DNA of 64,000 nucleotides from an uncultured Acidimicrobiales bacterium (GTDB lineage Bacteria; Actinomycetota; Acidimicrobiia; Acidimicrobiales; SZUA-35): NCBI GenBank assembly GCA_938021675.1, contig CALIFY010000075.1, positions 18,382 to 82,381 of the forward strand, read 5' to 3'. Shown piece by piece: positions 50,378 to 59,000 of this stretch (position 1 is its first letter; each line of letters starts with the position of its first letter). The notes under the pieces were generated by a model. It saw only the letters and a program-made list of their open reading frames with translations, ran no database searches and was not told where the DNA came from. The position numbers and the translations under genes were made by a program.

Positions 50378-51652
50378 TCAATCGCAGGCTGATCCTTCAC
50401 CGACGAACAAACCATCGATGGCGCACACGCCGGTGTCGATGCTGCCGTCGGCCAAACCAACCCTGACCTCTTCTACCTTGGCCGCCGCCTCATCGGAGAC
50501 TGCAGCATCATGGAACGGTGCGTACGTGATTCCGTCGTTCTCCGCGGTAAGCACAAAAGGCCCGGGGGTAAACGAATCGTCTACGGCGGCCGCAATGTTG
50601 CGGAAGACCGCCAGGTCTACGCGCTTGATGGCCGAGCTGGCCAGGAATTCGGAGCCAGGAGCCGATCCACCGCCGAAGGTGGTGTTGTATTCGTCTTGAT
50701 CGACCCCGATAGCGAAGACGCCAGCCTCAGCGGCGGCCGTCAACGCTCCGGAACCGGTCTGGCCGCCAGCACCAAAGACCACATCGGCGCCCTCACCGAT
50801 GAACTGGGCGGCGTCCGAGGCCCCTTTCGCCGGGTCGGTAAAGCTCTCGTTGTAAATCTCGAGCACGTTGACATCGGGATTGACAAACTTGGCTCCGGCG
50901 CTATAGCCATTGACGAATTTCACGACCGGTGGAACATCTTCTCGGCCGCCGACTACACCGACGACACCAGTCTCGCTAAGCGACGCGGCGAGCGCCCCGG
51001 CCATGAATCCGCCCTCTTGCTCGTTGAAGAGCACGCCGACCATGTTGTCTGGATACTCCACGAGAAACTGGTCGACACCAACAAAGTTGATGTCCGGGTT
51101 CTCTGTGGCCGCGGTCTCGGTGTCGGTGGTCAACAGGAAACCAACGGTGATGACGACATTGGGATCAGACTCCAAGGTTGTCGCGATATTGGCCGCGTAG
51201 TCGGCCTCGGAGACGGTTTCGATAACGCTCTGATTCTCGATGCCGAAACACTCGACCGCCGCTTGCATGCCCTCGAAGGCAAACTCGTTGAAGGTGCCAT
51301 CGTCCACTTTTCCGATATCGGTGACGAGGTTGACGGTGAATCCTTCCGGGGCCTCGATGCCGTCGAAGCTGGCGCATTCATCTTCGAGGCTTAGGAGCCC
51401 AGCACCGGAGGCGGCCATCGCGTCGCCGTCGTCATCGCCGGTGTCTTCGTCATCCTCCATAGCATCGTCGTCTTCGGCACCCTCTTCCTCTGAAGTATCG
51501 CCTTCATCTTCCGGGGCATCTTCCGCCTCGGTCTCTTCGGTAGTGTCGTCTTCGGTGCTCGTATCGACATCGGTGTCCGAGTCCGATCCGCACGCTGCCG
51601 CCACAAGCGACAGCGCGAGAACGGCAGCAAGCAGCCGCAATAGTGATCTCAT
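50378..51652 (-). CDS. BMP family (PnrA/Med-like) nucleoside-binding lipoprotein
   Basis: Lipobox LALSLVAAACGSD, an acidic low-complexity linker, then a BMP-type core (VTDIGKVDDGTFNE, VVGVVGG, VIGVDQDE). The listed ORF starts at 51712; Met at 51652 begins the signal peptide. Confidence 0.8.
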   Translation of the reverse strand: MRSLLRLLAAVLALSLVAAACGSDSDTDVDTSTEDDTTEETEAEDAPEDEGDTSEEEGAEDDDAMEDDEDTGDDDGDAMAASGAGLLSLEDECASFDGIEAPEGFTVNLVTDIGKVDDGTFNEFAFEGMQAAVECFGIENQSVIETVSEADYAANIATTLESDPNVVITVGFLLTTDTETAATENPDINFVGVDQFLVEYPDNMVGVLFNEQEGGFMAGALAASLSETGVVGVVGGREDVPPVVKFVNGYSAGAKFVNPDVNVLEIYNESFTDPAKGASDAAQFIGEGADVVFGAGGQTGSGALTAAAEAGVFAIGVDQDEYNTTFGGGSAPGSEFLASSAIKRVDLAVFRNIAAAVDDSFTPGPFVLTAENDGITYAPFHDAAVSDEAAAKVEEVRVGLADGSIDTGVCAIDGLFVGEGSACD

Positions 51653-51816
51653 GTTGGTTTCTCCCTGGGTATTGGCAGCGTCACGGCCAACGAACAGGCC
51701 TGACGGCTCCAAGACACTCTAATAGTGCGCGGCTCGGTGATGTCGAAACGAGGATTCGACGACCGAAACTCGTCGCGCTCCGTCCCTGACCGGGCCGAAG
51801 CTAGCGAGTGGGTTTG

Positions 51817-53094
51817 TCAACCCGCAGCGCCCGCTTCGGACGGCTTGGCGTTGGCTTCCAACATCTCGTCGTCGATGGCCCGATCGATGAGCAACAGACC
51901 GGCGAACCCCACGCCAACGACCAAGAAGACAGCTCGGACAGAGACCAACTCACCGATCAGGCCGCCGATGACCGCTCCAAGCGGGATCGTGCCCCAGGCC
52001 AGGAATCGGAAGGCGCTGTTGACCCGACCGAGCAATTCCTCGGCGGTGGCTTTCTGCCGGTACGAGAGCGTTGGCACGTTGAACAGCGTGTTGCCGGCCC
52101 CACCGACGAAGAGGAACACCCACACCACGATGGCGTTGTCGGAAAGGCCGGGGGCGATCACAAGCGACGACAATCCGACGATTCCGAGCGTGACCGTTCT
52201 GGCCAGTCCGAGGCGAGCCAACACCCGCTCCACGACGAAGGTTCCGAGGATGCTGCCACCGGCGACCGCCAGCAGGAGAAGGGCGTATCCACGCTCGTTT
52301 AGGCCAAGGCCGATGCTGGTGTCGTCACCAAAGGCCCGCAGTACGAGAATCGAAAGCGTCGCCGAAATACAAAGGTTTCCGCAGGCCGAGATGGTGGCCC
52401 ACCGCCGCAGGACCGGATGCCGATACAAATAGCGAACACCGGTTGCGATTTCGGACCGGAGCGAACCGACCGACTCCGTTTTGGACACCTTGAACCGGCC
52501 TCGCAACGTGACGAGCACAATCGCCGCCCCAATCCACAACAGTCCGGGCAATCCGAGCGCTATCACCCCTCCGGCCCCGAGGCCAAATACCACAGCGGCG
52601 AGAGGGGGCCCGAAAAAGAGTTGGGTACTTTGTTCGGTGGCCAGGATCCGAGCGTTGGCTTTGGCCAACACGGCGGTGTCGACGATGCTTGGAAGAATTG
52701 TCTGCGATGCGGTGTCGTGGAATACCTCGGCAACACCGGTTGCCAGAGCGACCGGAAACAAGAGCCAAAGGCCCCCGACGTCTGCCGCTAGCGACGATGC
52801 GGCCACTACCAGCAGTGACGCCCGGACAACGTCGGCGACGATCATCGTTGTCCGACGGTCCCAACGGTCGGTGAGCGCACCGGCCGGCAGGGAAAACACG
52901 AGCCATGGCGTGGCTCGGAGAACTTCGAGCGATGCGACGAGAAACGGGGATCTCGTCAGGGTGACGGCCACCAGCGGGAGCGCGACCTTAAACATCCCGT
53001 CCGCCAGGTTGGAGAGTCCCGCTGCGCCTAGCAACACCCAGAACCTACGACCCAGCGCCGTCGAAGCTCTTACTTGGCGCGGCACCATCGACAA
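51817..53094 (-). CDS. MFS transporter
   Basis: 425 aa with about 12 hydrophobic segments and LSNLADGMFKVALPLVAV near the N-terminus. Confidence 0.75.
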   Translation of the reverse strand: MSMVPRQVRASTALGRRFWVLLGAAGLSNLADGMFKVALPLVAVTLTRSPFLVASLEVLRATPWLVFSLPAGALTDRWDRRTTMIVADVVRASLLVVAASSLAADVGGLWLLFPVALATGVAEVFHDTASQTILPSIVDTAVLAKANARILATEQSTQLFFGPPLAAVVFGLGAGGVIALGLPGLLWIGAAIVLVTLRGRFKVSKTESVGSLRSEIATGVRYLYRHPVLRRWATISACGNLCISATLSILVLRAFGDDTSIGLGLNERGYALLLLAVAGGSILGTFVVERVLARLGLARTVTLGIVGLSSLVIAPGLSDNAIVVWVFLFVGGAGNTLFNVPTLSYRQKATAEELLGRVNSAFRFLAWGTIPLGAVIGGLIGELVSVRAVFLVVGVGFAGLLLIDRAIDDEMLEANAKPSEAGAAG

Positions 53095-53246
53095 GCTAGC
53101 CCATGCACGTCTCTAATGCCGCTCAGGACTCTCGAATGTCCCCATTGTTTGACCCGATCGCCGCACCGTACGGGCCGAAGAAATCAGGCGGCATTGGTCG
53201 CCGTTCAGACTGGAAATGGTCTCGAATACACCGAACGGCCCGATAG

Positions 53247-54173
53247 TTAGCGTTCGGCCGGGGCCCGTGCCGCCGACGTCACGACCAGATAGACCCCACC
53301 GATGACGAACAGACCGCCGACCGCTTCGACCACTCCAAGCCGCTCGCCGCGGAGTATCCAGCCGAACAGCACGCCAAATACGGGAATCAGATAGGCACTC
53401 GACGCAGCTTGGGTCGGGGTTGCCCGTGTGGCCACCGTTGCCAACAAGGCGAACGTCACGGCATTTGCCGGGATCGCCGCGTATAGGAGCGGACCGAGCA
53501 AACCAATCGACCAGTCGGTTTCGGCCACGCCTTCGACCAGAAGCCCGATCGGAACAAGGACCGAAGCTGACATCGCCAGCTGTACCCCGACGAGCATGAC
53601 CGGACTCACCCGCGACAGATCACGCCATCGCATGTAGACATTGCCAAAGGCCCAGGCCAGAGCCGAGACGACGAGCATTCCAATGCCGGCCGCGGCGGCG
53701 CTTCCTCCCGGCGACCCCACCAGCGATGGGGAAGCCAGCACGATGGTGCCGGCGAACCCGACGGCCAACCCAACCGCACCGACCGGCCGAATCCGCGTTC
53801 CCAGAAGGAAAAACGATAGCGCTGCGGTGAACAACGGCATCGTGCCGGAAATAAGCGACGCCACCCCGGCCGGGACACGATCAATCCCCGCCACCAACAA
53901 GCCGCTGGAGATGGTAGTAATGCTGAGGCTGATGGCCAAGATGTTGCGATAGTCGACGAGACGGGTCGGCAAGCGTTCGCCTCGCAACAAGGCAAAGCCG
54001 ATGAGGAACGAACTTCCAATTACCGTTCGCATACCGGCCATGAGGATGGGTGTCGTGTGATCGAGAGCGAACTTGATAGCGGTGAAGTTTCCACCGATCA
54101 ACAGAGCGATGATCACCACGGTTGAGAACACCACTCGAGAACTCACCAGGATGAGCTTAGGTGGGCCGGCCAT
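53247..54173 (-). CDS. EamA/DMT family transporter
   Basis: 308 aa, 10 hydrophobic segments in a two-fold repeat, with NFTAIKFAL near the N-terminus. Confidence 0.75.
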   Translation of the reverse strand: MAGPPKLILVSSRVVFSTVVIIALLIGGNFTAIKFALDHTTPILMAGMRTVIGSSFLIGFALLRGERLPTRLVDYRNILAISLSITTISSGLLVAGIDRVPAGVASLISGTMPLFTAALSFFLLGTRIRPVGAVGLAVGFAGTIVLASPSLVGSPGGSAAAAGIGMLVVSALAWAFGNVYMRWRDLSRVSPVMLVGVQLAMSASVLVPIGLLVEGVAETDWSIGLLGPLLYAAIPANAVTFALLATVATRATPTQAASSAYLIPVFGVLFGWILRGERLGVVEAVGGLFVIGGVYLVVTSAARAPAER

Positions 54174-54244
54174 GGAGGCGAATTCTTGGGATCGATTCCC
54201 CGCGAGGAGATGATGAGACCGTGCGTCAACTGCGAGGGTTCAAC

Positions 54245-54895
54245 CTAACGAGTACCTCGCGGGGAGAGCCGACCGCTTCCACCGCCCTCAGAGTAAACCT
54301 CGCCCCGCCAGGCCGGTCGCCAGCCTGTTCGCAAAAGCTGCTCCGCCGCCAGGGCGCGGGCCCCAGCCTGTATCAGCGCCAACCCAGCGCGAGAACGAGC
54401 CTCCTCGTCTGCCTTTTTGGCCTTCTCCAATTGTTGCTCCGCTTCAGCTAGTGTCCACTGGAGTCGGGCGAACTCAATCCGAGCGTCCCGAGCCTCGGCC
54501 TGTTTCTCGACCATTGACCGGTTCGCTTGAACCGAGGCTTCGTAGAACGATGGGTCACGGATGGCCAGTTGAGCCAAACGTTCGGCCGTACGTGTCGCGT
54601 CTATCGCTTCGTCGGACGCTTGGGCCAACTCGTGGCGTACCGCCTCGAGTTCTACCGCTTCGAATTCGGCCTTCGCAGCATTGAGAGCGCTCTCAGCGTC
54701 ACTCCGTTTCCCTGCCCAAAAACTGGCGAATTTTGCTTCCGCGACCGCCGAATTGACATGATCGACCGCAGTTTGGATCATCTTTTTGGCGACCTCATCT
54801 GTTGCGTTGTTCACCGATTCAGAAAGCTGATCTACAAACACAGAGAGGGTTGACGCATCGATTCCGCTTTCATCGCTCGCGACTGATGCCGTCAC
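54245..54895 (-). CDS. Giant modular protein, fragment C (third helical module)
   Basis: ASTLSVFVDQLSESV...AVAEAKFASFWAGKRSDAESALNAA parallels VHRLSTFVSSLAAMV...TAEDYAAFANFWTTQRLQAEQIAAA in fragment A. The frame is open upstream to TAA at 55055-55057. Confidence 0.65.
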   Translation of the reverse strand: MTASVASDESGIDASTLSVFVDQLSESVNNATDEVAKKMIQTAVDHVNSAVAEAKFASFWAGKRSDAESALNAAKAEFEAVELEAVRHELAQASDEAIDATRTAERLAQLAIRDPSFYEASVQANRSMVEKQAEARDARIEFARLQWTLAEAEQQLEKAKKADEEARSRAGLALIQAGARALAAEQLLRTGWRPAWRGEVYSEGGGSGRLSPRGTR

Positions 54896-56081
54896 CCACT
54901 CGGTGATCCTCGAACTCAGAGTTGGGTCTACAGAACCCTCGGATACACCGTGAACAGCACCACCGCCGCGACCCGAACTGTCTTCGAATATCGTGACCGC
55001 ATGCCCTGCCCCCCCGTGCCCCTGGCCCCGAGTCCTCGGCGGTGGGGGCCGACTTTATCGCTTCGGTGAGATCGGAGGCGCCCAAGCCTTCCGGCTCAAA
55101 ATCAATAGCGGACGTAGGTGCCTTCACTCGGTTCCATGAGCGGTCGGAATTCACCCGACGTTGGTAAAGGTCAACGGAGGTCGCGCCAGTGGTGAAGAAA
55201 ATGTCTCGGCCAAGTTCTCTCGCAAGGTTCTGAGCTTGAGCGACACCGATCAGCCCTGTGACCAACACAATTGGAGGGTCGGTCCGCGCCGCTTGCGTGA
55301 AGATGTGATTGTCCACGTAATTGGCAACCAGGTCAAGATGGAAAGGATCGACTTTGAGTAGTAAGTGGCCCAGAATTTCTACTCCCCTGAGGCGCTCTAC
55401 CGGGTCCACTTGCATGGGAAAAGAATCGGTCGGGTATCGCAAGAAAGACTCTTCTGGCTTGAAATCAACATCGGACCTTGGCGCTCTAACCCGTTGCCAT
55501 GTATTTCCATAATCCAACCGAGGAAAGCCGTTAAACACATACAGACCTCCTTCGGTAAATACAACATCTCGCTGAGCCTTCCTGGCAATTTCTTGAGCTT
55601 GAATAGCGGTGACACCCGATTGGAACAATACAACCGGCAACCCGTTGGAATCGTTTGAGAAGTTGCGAGAGAGGTAACCTGAAACGCCTTCCAGTGCGGA
55701 CGCTTGGGCCCGAACGACTATCTGGCTGGGAAGTGACATTGCCTCAAACGTTGTTGAGTCGTGCGGCGACCAACCAGCCAACGGTTCAGGGGGACCTGCC
55801 ACGATTTCTGATGTAACCGACTCTGCCGAGACCACATCGGCAGCCTTCAACGAACTCTCTGGCAACGAGAACTTGCGCCACAGGACTGACTTCATCTTGT
55901 GGTCACCAACATGGACTTCGATGCTGCCGATTGGCGCCTCGACCGATGCTCCAAGTCTGGCTACCAGCTGCGCAGCGAGAGGCACACTGCCCACTCCAGC
56001 GTTCTTTTGCATCAACCGAACCGTCTGCCCCGCGTGTACAACCGAACCGTTTGACCCCGCACGTTGCCGGTAGCGTTCCAA
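54870..56081 (-). CDS. Giant modular protein, fragment B (-1 frame relative to fragment A)
   Basis: From GQTVRLMQKNAGVGSVPLAAQLVARLG onward it is colinear with the internal copy GQSVRLFAENTGLGDAPLPKQLLGELG of fragment A. It contains two further copies of the AQxLAREL..RD[IV]xF / WxRVxAPxSxxDF domain. The Cys/Arg/Trp-rich tail after about 55015 looks out of frame. Confidence 0.65.
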   Translation of the reverse strand: MERYRQRAGSNGSVVHAGQTVRLMQKNAGVGSVPLAAQLVARLGASVEAPIGSIEVHVGDHKMKSVLWRKFSLPESSLKAADVVSAESVTSEIVAGPPEPLAGWSPHDSTTFEAMSLPSQIVVRAQASALEGVSGYLSRNFSNDSNGLPVVLFQSGVTAIQAQEIARKAQRDVVFTEGGLYVFNGFPRLDYGNTWQRVRAPRSDVDFKPEESFLRYPTDSFPMQVDPVERLRGVEILGHLLLKVDPFHLDLVANYVDNHIFTQAARTDPPIVLVTGLIGVAQAQNLARELGRDIFFTTGATSVDLYQRRVNSDRSWNRVKAPTSAIDFEPEGLGASDLTEAIKSAPTAEDSGPGARGGRACGHDIRRQFGSRRWCCSRCIRGFCRPNSEFEDHRVGDGISRER

Positions 56082-59000
56082 ATCTGTTCGACAAGACCAT
56101 CAGCCGAACGAGTACGTTCACGGTCGTGCCGTCCCTCATCGTTTCCATCCTCGGGAACCACAACATTTAGCACGCCGTCGGTGGCTGGTTGGCTTATGTA
56201 TCTGTCAAACCAGCCACTAAGAGGGTGTTCAGGATCAAGATGTACACCGTTTCGACCTGTTTCAGGGGCGGGGATTAGACGGCCACCTACGGAGACAACA
56301 CCAAGAATTGCCCGCCCCTGAGCTGGGTCCCAACCAACGACGGCATCGCCTCCTCGACCACTCGCTTGTCTCCGTTCAGTCCCTCCACCGGTTTGACGAC
56401 CGTGATCGACCGCGCCCGGCTGGCCATCCCGACGCCTGCCAAACTGCGGCCATTTCGCACCAAAGCGCGCGCCAGATCTGACAACGGGGACAACCTCGCC
56501 GTCGGCCGGCGGACCCTCCCCAACCGTCCGATGACCTTCGTATTGCGGTTCGTGGACCCGTCCAACCACTTCACGGCGACGCTCCACGGTATCCTCGCCA
56601 GCTTCGTCGGATTCCGGCTCCTGTTCGCTGCTGGCCTCGTAGCCAGTACCCGTCGACCCATCGGAGTCCGATTCGCTGGGGTCGCCCTCGGCAGAACCCC
56701 TCTCATCCGATGAAGGCATATCGCCGTTGAGCAGAGACGCTATTTGCCCCCGTGGGTGATAGTTGGCAGGCCCGTTGGGTTGATCGCTATCGGACCGGCC
56801 ATTCCTTCCATCGCCTGCTCGGGCCGCCGCGGTACCGGTTGTTGAGGGTGCCGCTGGAGTCGGTTGATTAAACGCCCCCAGCGAGGCATCCGAATCGGTG
56901 TTGCTGCCCTCATTTTCTTCGACGCCTATGCTGGGTTCTGAGGCAGCGGAGCCATCTTCAGCAAGGTGATTTCGGACAAACGATTCCCAGGTGTCGTCTC
57001 TGGAACCTTCCCGAGAATCAGAAGAGTCCGTACCGGAGTCCGTGGTCGATCCGTCCGAACTCCCAGATTCGGGTTCAGTCGCCAACTCATTGTCCGACTG
57101 CCAATTTCGCATCGCAACCGAACGCGACCCGCCCCACAACCACCCAGACCGATCAACCCCAGAAAACACAGCAAACGAAGGCGACCCAGCACCAGAATCG
57201 TTTCCAACCGACCGTGGACCAGGAACACGCTCACCACGACCAACAGGACTAGTGCGAGACGGAGTCGAACCGATCGCTCCAGGATCAGGGTCAGACTGTG
57301 AACGCCTCCTACCACTCCTGTCGCCGATCATTTGCGAGACAGCGGCGTTTCCGTTGACGGACGTTCCTAGTAGCGGACGAACCGCACGGCGAGAAAGGTG
57401 GGAGAAACCACCACCGCCGCCGCTGTGAGTAGTGAACGTCCCCGAGTATGTACCATCCGGGTTCTTTGAAATATCGCTACTATCCACCCCAGCCGACGCC
57501 AGACCGATATCGCGATCCGAAACCGGACCCCGACCTAGGGACTCATCAGTGACGGCCCGCGTGCCGTGCAAAGTACCCGGCCGCTCAACCGATCCTCCGC
57601 CAGAGAGCGTGTCGGCTTCAGACCCATAGATTTCGGGGTCAGACTCAAGAGCAGAAACCGGTGACCTGGGCTTCTCCCCGTAGCCGGAATCCAGAGATGT
57701 AGCCGAACTCCTATCTGCCCCCGATCCGACCGAATCAGTAGGTTGTCTTCCGCGAAGCTCGTCCGAAGCGGCCGGGGAACCATCACCCCCGAGGCTGGCA
57801 ACTCCACTGTCTCGAACGGGGTTCGTGACAGCCTGTCCAGGGGTGGCTTGTGCCTGCAGGCTCAGGCCCTCCGATCTGACGCTGGATTGCCGACCACTCG
57901 AATCGTGGTCCGAACCGAAATCGGGGTCGCTGGAAAAATTGGACGTCGAATACCCAGACCCAAAACCCGGGGCGTCCCCTGGCACACGGGCAGCCTGCCC
58001 ACCGCGCCCAGCGAAAGGACGAGCAAAACCAGTACCCCGACCGCCTCTTGACACACGAGCAGTCGACTCAACACCCTGCACGCCATGGCGAACAAGACCA
58101 CGATCCGAGGCGACCCCGAAAACACCAGCAGCCGACCCACGACGCTCCCCAAAAGAACGAACGGGACCAAAACCCCGACCACTCCCCAAGACACCAGCAG
58201 CCGACCGACCACGCCCCCCGACAGGACGAACACGGAGATACGGGGATGTCCTCGCCGCACGCCTCGACGAAGCACGTGACAAAGACGACGAGCGATCGCC
58301 AGAAACACGCCGAGGAGTAGCAGAAGGTCTCGCTGCAGCACCGACCGGCCCATCAACCCCACGGGAGATTGTACGATCCGAGGAGGTCGACCCTTCGAGC
58401 CGCGACTGGAATCTCGTGCCGAACATGGCCTCCCAGCCCAACGGCGAACTCGAAAAATTGTCACCGGTCGCGCTGGCTCTGCCGTCGTCGGGAGGTAGAG
58501 CGATACCCGGGACCTCCCCCGGCGACGCGACATAACCATCCGTCTCCGAGCTGGGTTGGCTCTCCCCAAGTGTTTGGAGCTGACCCATCGGAGTGGGATC
58601 CTGTTGCCGTCCAAGCACACGTGAGAGGTATCCAGGGTCCCTTGGCAACGCGGTCTGGGCTACGGCCCACACACCGCTAGTATGCTCCGACCGCAGCGCC
58701 TGGAACCGAGCCTCCAATTCTTCCAAGGAGGACATCTCCGCCGTTGGCTGGCCCGAGCGGTCATCACCTTGCCTCGATGGCTGCTCGCCACCTTCATAGT
58801 CACGACCACTAGACCGGTCCGACCCGATGCTAGACCGAGGTCGGCCTCCATTCGTGCTCCCGCCGTCTGACCCTTGCGTATCTGCACCAGCCCCAAATCT
58901 TTGCATAGAGGTGACCTGGCTTGAACCCGACCGAGTCCCTTCCGTTCCAGTGGACGACCCAAGGCTGTTCCAAACCAGCACAGCGGACGCCATAGCACCT

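Noticed and set aside
51650-51820. SAH riboswitch upstream of the operon that contains ahcY
   Set aside because: Only a GGAGCGC heptamer resembles the consensus as I recall it. The expected P1 (CCGAG/CUCGG) and pseudoknot arrangement are missing. It is kept only as an unassigned structured leader, pending a covariance-model search.
51815-51820. TTGACA -35 box for the BMP operon
   Set aside because: The best -10-like hexamer (tagctt) is only 11 nt away, which is the wrong spacing. The hexamer also overlaps the MFS stop codon and may be coincidental.
54870-56081. The 403-aa ORF as an independent gene with its own start (MERYRQRAGSNG...) and a Cys-rich zinc-finger-like C-terminus
   Set aside because: The N-terminal 20 aa are an out-of-frame reading of the duplicated 26-nt segment. 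The Cys/Arg/Trp-rich tail is an out-of-frame reading after the C7 tract. The middle part is colinear with internal repeats of the giant ORF.
57825-58620. Long ORFs on both strands (236 aa plus, 252 aa minus alternative frame) within the giant gene linker
   Set aside because: These are overlapping-frame artefacts of a GC-rich low-complexity region. The frame of the 2637-aa ORF is the only one continuous with conserved modules on both sides.
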